From the IMG/VR virus record IMGVR_UViG_3300045284_000147, positions 1 through 63,784 of that record: 63,784 nt of DNA, one strand, 5' to 3'. This document shows positions 18,604 through 26,716 of this stretch, piece by piece. The notes beneath the pieces were generated by a model. It saw only the letters and a list, made by a program, of their open reading frames with translations, ran no database searches and was not told the DNA's origin. How positions within the stretch are numbered: position 1 is the first letter of the stretch; each line of letters opens with the position of its first letter. The translations under genes and the position numbers were made by a program. Source of the DNA: a virus (taxonomy: Duplodnaviria > Caudoviricetes).

Positions 18604-20535
18604 CTACTGCTCCGCAGTGACAAGCGATCCGGCGAACGTCCCGAGGCCGGTCATCGCGCCCGAGGCCAAGCTGCCTGCCACGTTCGCTGCATGCGCGAGA
18701 CCGTTCGCTGCGTTGATCGCAGCTTCCATCTGGCCACGGAACAAATTCATTTGCTCACGTGCGTACTCGAAAGTCTGGTTGAGCGATGCGTTGTATTCCT
18801 GAAAGATCAGGTTGGCATGCGTGCGCCAGTATTCGACTTCGATCTCCCCGATCTTCACCGCCGCATTAGCCTGCGCGGTATAGGATGCGATCAGCGAGTC
18901 GAACGTCTTTACCTGCATCTCGGCTTCCACACTGTACGCACGTAGCGCGGAGTCGTTGGTCATGCCGATGGCCTTGTTCGTCTCCCCGGTTGCATTCACC
19001 TGCGCGCTGTACGCGTCCACCTGTCCACGGTACCCCGCAACCTGCGCGGTATAGGCTTGGGCCTGCGCCGTGTAGGCTTGGAACTTCCCCAGCTCTCCTT
19101 CCACCTGCGCCTTGTACGCATTCCACAACGACTCGTACGCATTAACCTGCGCGGCATAGGCCCGCACCTGTGACTCGAAGATCGCCACTTGCAACTTCGC
19201 GATCTCCAGCGGGGCCATCGCTGCCTCGATCTGGTACTTGTAAGCCTGCGCGATTGCCATGTTGGTCTGCGCGATTGCCTGCAGCACCTCCACGTACGCC
19301 TTGTTCATCTCGACCTTGGCCATCTCGGCCTTGATCTCTGCCTCATACAGACGCACCTGTGCATCGAGCGCGTCGATCTTGGCCTTGAATACCTGCACGT
19401 CGGCGAGATAGCCATCCATCATCGCCTTGTAGACCATCACCTGAATGTTGTAAGCACCGAGGTAGGTGGCGACGATCTCCTTAGCCGACTGGATTGATAG
19501 CTCATCGATCTTGAGCGCGAGCGTCAGGTACTGCGTGATGATGTCGAGACACTTCTCTTCAAGCTGCTCGCCCAGCTTCAGCATGAACTGGAAGTTCTGC
19601 TGCTCCAGCTCAAGGTTTTTGATCGCCACGTCAGTGGACGCCTTCACCTGCGCGTCACCCATCGTCATGCGCGACTGCTGCAGCGCAGCCAGCATCGCCC
19701 CCGGCGGGATAGTGAAGCCGCGTTTGCCTATGGTGTCGATGGCGGTGTCGATGGCACGGGTGAACTCAAGCCCGCTACGTGCTGACTCCCGTGCGAGGAT
19801 TGCGTTTTCAATGTTAACGGGAATGCCGACACCGCCACCATTAACTTTGTCCGTGTAGGCGATGATGGCTCCGTTGATCTGCGACCGTATCGCTGGGTAT
19901 TCGGGGATGTACGCGGCGATGAGGGCATCGGTATTTCCTTTCATGAACACCGGCAGCATGTTGCGGTGATCGTTCTGCTCCTTGAGGTACTTGCCGACGA
20001 TCATGTCGGGATCGACCGGGTTCAACGGAGGAGGTTTAGTCCCGTCGAATATCGGCATCGTCAGCATGGGCGGATCGGGAAGGTCCAGCTCCGTGTACGG
20101 CAGCGTGAGCGCGGGCAACGTCAGGTACGTCGGTGCCGGTGGCATCGGCGGCGTTGGCGGCATCGGCGGTGGAGTCGCATTGAACGGCGGTGGCGACTCG
20201 CTGGGCTTGGGTGGCGGCACGTACACCGGCACGCCGCCGAGCGTGTTGTTCGGCGGCGATCCGAAGTTGGGGTTGGGCACTTCCCGCATGTCCATCAATT
20301 CCGGCTTGTCGGGCATGTTGGGCGCAGGCGGGATGCCGGGCAGCGGGATGTTCCTGTTCGGCGCACCGATGTCGGGCCACGATATCTGAATCTGCGCGGG
20401 CGAGTAGTCGAAGATGCCGCTGCTCGACAGCGCCGCGAATGCAGCCGTCAGGCCGGACTGCGCGAGTTGCGCGAACTCGTCGGCGTACTGCTTGTGCAGA
20501 TCGAGTATGTCTTGCGGGTCGAGAAGCTGGGCCAT
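18604..20535 (-). CDS. virion protein with Pro-rich N-terminus and long coiled coil (possible ejection protein)
   Basis: Last late gene; Y/A/Q heptad-like repeats. Confidence 0.6.
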   Translation of the reverse strand: MAQLLDPQDILDLHKQYADEFAQLAQSGLTAAFAALSSSGIFDYSPAQIQISWPDIGAPNRNIPLPGIPPAPNMPDKPELMDMREVPNPNFGSPPNNTLGGVPVYVPPPKPSESPPPFNATPPPMPPTPPMPPAPTYLTLPALTLPYTELDLPDPPMLTMPIFDGTKPPPLNPVDPDMIVGKYLKEQNDHRNMLPVFMKGNTDALIAAYIPEYPAIRSQINGAIIAYTDKVNGGGVGIPVNIENAILARESARSGLEFTRAIDTAIDTIGKRGFTIPPGAMLAALQQSRMTMGDAQVKASTDVAIKNLELEQQNFQFMLKLGEQLEEKCLDIITQYLTLALKIDELSIQSAKEIVATYLGAYNIQVMVYKAMMDGYLADVQVFKAKIDALDAQVRLYEAEIKAEMAKVEMNKAYVEVLQAIAQTNMAIAQAYKYQIEAAMAPLEIAKLQVAIFESQVRAYAAQVNAYESLWNAYKAQVEGELGKFQAYTAQAQAYTAQVAGYRGQVDAYSAQVNATGETNKAIGMTNDSALRAYSVEAEMQVKTFDSLIASYTAQANAAVKIGEIEVEYWRTHANLIFQEYNASLNQTFEYAREQMNLFRGQMEAAINAANGLAHAANVAGSLASGAMTGLGTFAGSLVTAEQ

Positions 20536-21665
20536 CAGATGCTCCTTTGCGTGACGCTGATCTGCGGTTCGAGCGAGTCCAGCTCGATGTACGCGCCAGT
20601 GTCGCTGCTGATACGGAACGCCATGCTGCGCGTGCGGATACCGTTGCCCAGCTTACGCCGATGCGGCAGGTGCACTGCGCCGCGCTGCTTGGTGTTGTAC
20701 TGGTAACCGAACTCCCGGTTGCGATCATCGATCAGCACGATCTGGATCACCCCGTCGATTATACCGTCGAGGTAGAGGTACGGGATGTGCTTGGTGCCCG
20801 GCTTGCCAAGATCGTCCAGCCCGGTCTCGAACTGCCACTTGATCGGCTCGCCGTTATCCTCCTCTCCACCCAGCAGGTAAAGGCCGTTCGGCCCGATGGC
20901 GTAGGTCTTGTTGCCCACCGTCGCGAATTGGGTGAAGGGGAAGTTGGTAATGCGGGTGAGGCCACCGTTGCGCACGTTGAGCAGCCACCCCTCGAAGTCG
21001 CCCGCCAGCTCTGGCACGCCCGCGAAAAACTGCGCGCCCAGTCCTTGGAGCATGGGCAGCGTGATGTGGGCGCTGCCGTACGGCCCGGCGATGAGCGCGG
21101 GCAGGATCGCCGCCCCGGCTCCCCCGAAACTGAATACAGAGATCGTACCAGTGGTGGCTAGGAGGGGCAGGACGGCCGCGCCGCTACCCTGACCCACCGT
21201 GGTGACCGCGCCCGCCGTGACGAGGCGGGGAAGCAGGGCCGCGCCACGCCCTCCGACCCTCATCTCCATCGTCAACTGGGGCAGGATCGCCGCCCCGGCC
21301 ATCTGCGCCCCGGCTACCCCAGCCCCGGCCCCGGTGAGCGCGGGCAGGCTGAACGCGGCGCTCCAAATCACCGGGAACGTCATGCTCCCGGCGAAGGTGA
21401 GCATCGGCAGCGTGGCCTCGCCGACCATACCGAACTGGCCAGCCGACGCGAGTCGCGGCAGCGAGACGTTGGACGTGAACTCGACGCCCATGTCCATGGT
21501 GAAGAACGAGGTGAGCATCGGCAGCGTGATCGCTGCGTTGCTGTGCTCGTAGGTCGAGCCGTTCGCACTGAGGTACGGCAGCAGCACGTCGCCTTCGCCG
21601 TACTTCTTCCCACCCACGCCGAGTGCGTCGAGTGGTCGTAGCTGGATGTCGGCGTTGCCGGGCAT
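20535..21665 (-). CDS. virion protein with about 11 LPxLxxxG repeats and a C-terminal globular domain
   Basis: LPYLSANG, LPRLASAG, LPMLTFAG, LPALTGAG, LPRLVTAG and others. Confidence 0.65.
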   Translation of the reverse strand: MPGNADIQLRPLDALGVGGKKYGEGDVLLPYLSANGSTYEHSNAAITLPMLTSFFTMDMGVEFTSNVSLPRLASAGQFGMVGEATLPMLTFAGSMTFPVIWSAAFSLPALTGAGAGVAGAQMAGAAILPQLTMEMRVGGRGAALLPRLVTAGAVTTVGQGSGAAVLPLLATTGTISVFSFGGAGAAILPALIAGPYGSAHITLPMLQGLGAQFFAGVPELAGDFEGWLLNVRNGGLTRITNFPFTQFATVGNKTYAIGPNGLYLLGGEEDNGEPIKWQFETGLDDLGKPGTKHIPYLYLDGIIDGVIQIVLIDDRNREFGYQYNTKQRGAVHLPHRRKLGNGIRTRSMAFRISSDTGAYIELDSLEPQISVTQRSI

Positions 21666-21667
21666 GG

Positions 21668-24532
21668 CTATCTCAGGTTGGTTAACACGATTGGATCAGC
21701 GACACGGAACTGCTTGTGCGTTATTCCTCTTTGATGTGGGAACTCATCATCTCCGTTGGCGTTCTTCCAGCTTCCATAGCCGAAGTTCATGCCGATCAAC
21801 ATACCCTGTTGACCGATGAGCGCACCGCCGTTGTAAGCACCGCCCTGAATCTCGGTGCACTGGTGTCGCCATGTTCCCTCACCCCACTTGGCTGTGAGGA
21901 TCATGATCTGCATACCGCCGGACGACGGCAGCGTGTACACCTCCTTGCCGAACGTCGCGTGATAGTCCTTGTACTCGATGGTGGCGAACGCAGCCTTGTC
22001 GAGCTTCTGTGCCTTGAGTCCGTTGGCCACTGCCTTGTTGTAGAGCTTCACGAATGTGCTGTTGCTCTTGCCTGTGGCTTTACCCCACTGGTTGCGGAAC
22101 TCGAAGTGCACCGTGTCGAATACCACGTGCTCCATGATGTCCTTCGGTTCGTACGACGGCAGCACGTTCGCGGTCTGCGCAAGGAACGCACCGTTCACAA
22201 CCCCGTAGGTGTTGTAGATGTGCGTGTCGCAGTAGAACGCGTAGGTCCCGTTCGGGTGCGCCATGAACGTCGTATTGGCGCTGGTCCACATGTACGCTGC
22301 GATCATGCTGGAGTAGCAACTGAACCCCCAGCGTGGATCGGTGGAGTAGAAGAGGTGATTGTTGAACCCGATGTCCTCTCCCCACGCGCCGAATATTTTC
22401 CCAATCGTACCGGTATAGTCCGCAGGCAGGATCGGTGGAATGGTCTTGTGTCCCTGCAGGTACGCCCAGTAGTGACGCGTGCGGTTGATCTCGGTGTCAA
22501 CCCAGCCGTCGAGCGGGTTCTTCAGCGGTGTGTACGAAAATCCCTTGGCTGCGAGATCGGTAACGAGCTGGCGTCCGCTCTGCTGCCCGAGCTGCATCAG
22601 CATCTTGCGCGTGTCGTTCGTCATGCGGTCAGGGAACAGGAACTCCTTGACCACACCACTGTGCATGATCATCGCGCAGAACTCGTGCTTGTACAGGTAC
22701 ACGTTGAAGTTGCCCGGCGGGCTGTATCCCGGCTTGGTTGGGTACGAGACCGGACCCTTGTGCGCGTAGAGTTTCTGCGGCATCAGCACGAAGGAGAGCG
22801 TGGTGAAGTCGTAGGCGAGCACCGGCATCGCCACGCACGACATGATCTCCAGACCCGTGTTCACGTTGCGGAACGACATGATGTTCTGGATGTGGAGATT
22901 TGCGTAAGCCTCGCCCTCATCGATTGATGGGGACGGTGGGAACGGGGCGCTGTCGCCCCAGCGTTCCAGCTCAAGCGCGATCAGGTCACCGGCCGCAACG
23001 GACTTGACCCTCTTCTTATCCTTGTCGGTTGTCCACAGGTCGTACCAGACATAACCGGCAAGCATCGTGCACGGCGTGTTGAGCACGGACGGTTGCCGCT
23101 TGGTGACGAGAGAGACGCCAGCCGTGAAGTCTTGCGGGTTGGGTCCGGTCAAGGTTATCGTGATCGTCGCTTCGATAAGGCCGGGCGCAGTGAAGTACCG
23201 CTGATCGTTGTAGCCGATGGCGACACCGGTCCACGTGCGCAGACCCACACCCATGTACAGCCTGTAATCGCTGTTGAACAAACTCAACGTCATGGGATTA
23301 CCGCCAACGTTGGCGGCATAGTACGAAGCATCGAAGTCAAACGGCACGCGCTCGTACGCGACAGTGACTGCCTTGGTGCCGAGATGATTGAACTTCCAGT
23401 CGAGTTCGGGGAAGTCGGTCAGCCCCGCCTGCATCTGATCGATGCCGATGGGATCGTGGTAGTAATCCATCTGCCGCTGCGCTGGCTTGTAAACCCACGA
23501 GGGAAAGGTAAGCGTGCCGCGCCATACCATCGCATCGTTCACGTTCTGCGAGTACGGTGGATTGACCAGCGGTCCAATCGCCGAGGTTGGGAAGATCATG
23601 AACTGGTTGAATGCGTCCACGTAGATCGCGAACTCGCGCGTGCCGTACTGCTGGTCCTTCACCACCTGCATGCCGCACGCACGCGGCCAGTCGGCCGTGC
23701 CACGAACGTACGCCATCTTCACCGGATCGGTGGCGACATTGCTGGCGAACGGCATGTCGAACTTGATGTCGCGCACGCAGAACTGCTCCAGTGGGCCGGG
23801 GACCGGCATGGGAGCCTCGTCCTGCACCGCATAGAACGAGCTGCGCGAGAGCACACCCGTATGCGGATTGCCCGGTGCCCATGACTCGAACAGGTTGACC
23901 GGTGTGCGCAACCGATTGAACTCGATGCGCCACTCAGGGTTCGACACCGGCTCGTTCGTCAGCTCCACCTGATAGTATCTACCTATCGAGGATACATCGT
24001 GGCCGTTGACCGTGCGCTTGTAGCCGAGAATCTTCGTTCGTGTCGAGATCGCGTTGCGCTGCAGTGATGCCCTGACGCTGACCATCGCTCCCACGTACGT
24101 AGGAAACTCTGAAGCAGAGTCGGACTTCACTGGCCACGCGCTGGTGGCGAACTCGAAGTCGAAGTTGTCGTTCGGCGTTATGCTGGTGTGTACGTTGCGG
24201 CCGAAGAGCGTCGTCTGGATGTTGGCCAGATCGACGTTGTGACCGTGATGCCACGCACGGAAGCCCATGCCGTGCATGGCGATGCTTCTTGCTGCCGCCT
24301 GCGGCTGGTAGATGCCCAGCGTCGGATCGGTGATGATGTAGTAGTGCCGCAGCTTGCGCTGGCTGCTGTTGGTCTCAGGACCCAGCGGGAAGGTATCGAC
24401 GCGATCCTTCTGGTTCCAATACTCTTCCTTCTGCCGCTCGTGCAGTTGGTTGTAATCCTCGCGGTTGAGCTGTGCCTTCTCGCGGCCATCCATCTGCCTG
24501 CGTACACGCTCCAGCTCGTCTTTTTCGCTCAT
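21668..24532 (-). CDS. large tail-associated protein
   Basis: 954-aa beta-rich ORF in the tail cluster. Confidence 0.6.
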   Translation of the reverse strand: MSEKDELERVRRQMDGREKAQLNREDYNQLHERQKEEYWNQKDRVDTFPLGPETNSSQRKLRHYYIITDPTLGIYQPQAAARSIAMHGMGFRAWHHGHNVDLANIQTTLFGRNVHTSITPNDNFDFEFATSAWPVKSDSASEFPTYVGAMVSVRASLQRNAISTRTKILGYKRTVNGHDVSSIGRYYQVELTNEPVSNPEWRIEFNRLRTPVNLFESWAPGNPHTGVLSRSSFYAVQDEAPMPVPGPLEQFCVRDIKFDMPFASNVATDPVKMAYVRGTADWPRACGMQVVKDQQYGTREFAIYVDAFNQFMIFPTSAIGPLVNPPYSQNVNDAMVWRGTLTFPSWVYKPAQRQMDYYHDPIGIDQMQAGLTDFPELDWKFNHLGTKAVTVAYERVPFDFDASYYAANVGGNPMTLSLFNSDYRLYMGVGLRTWTGVAIGYNDQRYFTAPGLIEATITITLTGPNPQDFTAGVSLVTKRQPSVLNTPCTMLAGYVWYDLWTTDKDKKRVKSVAAGDLIALELERWGDSAPFPPSPSIDEGEAYANLHIQNIMSFRNVNTGLEIMSCVAMPVLAYDFTTLSFVLMPQKLYAHKGPVSYPTKPGYSPPGNFNVYLYKHEFCAMIMHSGVVKEFLFPDRMTNDTRKMLMQLGQQSGRQLVTDLAAKGFSYTPLKNPLDGWVDTEINRTRHYWAYLQGHKTIPPILPADYTGTIGKIFGAWGEDIGFNNHLFYSTDPRWGFSCYSSMIAAYMWTSANTTFMAHPNGTYAFYCDTHIYNTYGVVNGAFLAQTANVLPSYEPKDIMEHVVFDTVHFEFRNQWGKATGKSNSTFVKLYNKAVANGLKAQKLDKAAFATIEYKDYHATFGKEVYTLPSSGGMQIMILTAKWGEGTWRHQCTEIQGGAYNGGALIGQQGMLIGMNFGYGSWKNANGDDEFPHQRGITHKQFRVADPIVLTNLR

Positions 24533-24535
24533 GCA

Positions 24536-24970
24536 TCAGAACGTAGGCAGCGTCACCGAGAAGGAATCAACCGGGTAAGTTGTGCCGCTCTGCAACGCTA
24601 TCGTCGTGAGGTTCAGGTCCGCCCCCGACTGCGCCACCGATCCCTGCAATCGCGGTTGCGTCTGCGATGCGGTATTGTCGTCGCCCGGTGCCACCAGCCG
24701 GAAGTAGGTGGCGGTGAGTGTCGCGCTCGCCACTCCATTCCACGTCTCGGTGCTCTTCTTCGGCAACGCACCGTTCACTGCCGCTGCCTCGAAGGTGAGG
24801 CCGGTGGCTCCGTTCTTGACGATGAGAATCGGCGAGCTGCCCGTCGCATCATCCCCCGAGGCTGGGACTGCCCCGGCATAGATGTTGATCTGGCCGAGAT
24901 TGAATACCGTGCGCAGCGGAGCTGTGTCGAGCAGCTTGTTGCGCAGCGCCGTACTGGCCTTGATGGTCAT
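24536..24970 (-). CDS. small virion/fibre subunit, paralogue A1
   Basis: MTIKASTALRNKLLD..INIYAG..FRL..GADLNLT. Confidence 0.7.
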   Translation of the reverse strand: MTIKASTALRNKLLDTAPLRTVFNLGQINIYAGAVPASGDDATGSSPILIVKNGATGLTFEAAAVNGALPKKSTETWNGVASATLTATYFRLVAPGDDNTASQTQPRLQGSVAQSGADLNLTTIALQSGTTYPVDSFSVTLPTF

Positions 24971-24980
24971 GGCTCTCGCC

Positions 24981-25430
24981 TTACTGTGCGGGCATCGTTA
25001 TCGTGAACGCATCGCAGGTGTTCACCTGACCGGGTTGAATCTGCAGGTTGGTCAGGTTCAGGTCCGCGCCGCTGGAGCCGATGGCCCCGTCTACTCGCGC
25101 CTTCGTTGCCTGCGTGTTGGCCGGTGTGTCGGTGGCTTCGTACAACCGGTACCACCCGGCGATGCCTGCGGCCAGCCCGGTGAAGCGCCACAGCTCCGCT
25201 GCCGCCTTGGCGATGACACCGGCCACCGAGGGATCGAACGAGATACCTCCACCCGCGCCGTTGACCGAGACCGTGCCCAGCAGCGTGCCGGTCGCGCCCG
25301 TGTCGGCGTTCGACGGCTGCGATCCCGAGTAGATGTTCATGAAGCCGAGATTGAACGCGCCCTTGATGCCACCCGCTGCACCGCCGTCGAGCAGCTTGTT
25401 GCGCGCCATGGTGGAAAGCCTGATCGTCAT
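24981..25430 (-). CDS. small virion/fibre subunit, paralogue A2
   Basis: MTIRLSTMARNKLLD..MNIYSG..YRL..GADLNLT; RBS AAAGGA. Confidence 0.7.
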   Translation of the reverse strand: MTIRLSTMARNKLLDGGAAGGIKGAFNLGFMNIYSGSQPSNADTGATGTLLGTVSVNGAGGGISFDPSVAGVIAKAAAELWRFTGLAAGIAGWYRLYEATDTPANTQATKARVDGAIGSSGADLNLTNLQIQPGQVNTCDAFTITMPAQ

Positions 25431-26677
25431 GTCCGTTCCTTTCGTGCGTTGAAAGCCTCGCCACCACCTTGGGTGACCGTGATGAACTGCTGCTTGCCGT
25501 TCATGTAAACCATGCGGGATGCGACGTGCAGGCCGGGCGGCATGCTCATCATCTCTTCGGTCAGGTTCTTGAACGGCATCGCCTGACATATGCCGCGCTC
25601 CGTCCAGAACCACGCCATGGCCTGCGGACCAGTGTCGCACGGCGTGCCGGGGATCACACCGTAGCTCGCGAGCTTGTTCAGCTTGCCGTCTTCGGCGTAC
25701 TGGTAGATGTGCTGCGTCGTGCCGCAGAGGACGCCCTCGTTGCACGCTGCCAGCATGCCGATCTTGCCCGGCACCACGATGAAGTCTTCGGCTTGATTGA
25801 ACAGGTGGAAGCCCAGCGGCTCGCTCATCCAGACCACGGAGATATCAACCTGCGGGATATACTCCGCAGCGTAGCAGCGGCCTTGAAAGAAGTCGATCAT
25901 ATACACCCCGGTGGGCAAGCTCATCCTGCCCCACGTGGTCAGCTCGCGGCTGGCGAGCGCGGGATTGAAGGTGATCGTTGCCGCACGAACGCTGGCAACC
26001 AGTCTGAATATCGCACCATCAGGCTCAGTAACGTAGACGTTGGTGTGTTCGTAGGCAGTGGGGACGGTGACGCGGAAGAGCTTGGTTGCAGGCGAGGCGA
26101 CGATGGACCGTGCGTCCGATGGCGCGGTCTCGCGGCCATCGGCGGTGACGTAGGTCGCGCACACGCGCCACGTGGCCTGATCGTAGGTCTGTCCGACGTT
26201 AAACACGGTGGGTTGAAGGGTCGCCGGGTCAACGACATCGAATGCCGATACTTGGGGGACGAGCAACCTCCATGGTAGAGGTGTGCTGCCGCGCACGATC
26301 CCCGCTTCGACACCATTGACATAGTAGGCGTCTCCGTTGATCTCGGCCCAGCCGTACTCCGTCCCGGTCAACCCCAAGACGAGCGGGCGCGCGTCGTTGG
26401 CCGCAGCAAGGTGCTGCAGCACACCGGAGTCAACCACGTAGAGATAGTTGCCGAGGCCGTACGCTGTCTGGATGTTGCCAGCGCGGTAGAGGGAGTACCC
26501 GTCGCGACGGGTGAGTTTCTTGCTGTCCGAGATGAAGACGTTATCGGCTCCATACAGCGCGTGCAGACCGATGTCCTTGCGCGACTGCGTGTTCACCAAT
26601 CCGGCGAACTGCGAAAACTTTCCGGTATTGCCTTCATCATCGGGAGTGATCCTTGGCACGCGCCATGGTCTACTCAC
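25427..26677 (-). CDS. tail protein (possible nozzle/stabilisation protein)
   Basis: FAGLVN..ADNVFISD..LTRRDG N-terminus; beta-propeller-like composition. Confidence 0.55.
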   Translation of the reverse strand: MSRPWRVPRITPDDEGNTGKFSQFAGLVNTQSRKDIGLHALYGADNVFISDSKKLTRRDGYSLYRAGNIQTAYGLGNYLYVVDSGVLQHLAAANDARPLVLGLTGTEYGWAEINGDAYYVNGVEAGIVRGSTPLPWRLLVPQVSAFDVVDPATLQPTVFNVGQTYDQATWRVCATYVTADGRETAPSDARSIVASPATKLFRVTVPTAYEHTNVYVTEPDGAIFRLVASVRAATITFNPALASRELTTWGRMSLPTGVYMIDFFQGRCYAAEYIPQVDISVVWMSEPLGFHLFNQAEDFIVVPGKIGMLAACNEGVLCGTTQHIYQYAEDGKLNKLASYGVIPGTPCDTGPQAMAWFWTERGICQAMPFKNLTEEMMSMPPGLHVASRMVYMNGKQQFITVTQGGGEAFNARKERT

Positions 26678-26716
26678 GATGGGTCCTCTTGGGTTATGCG
26701 CGGCACTGTACCCTAT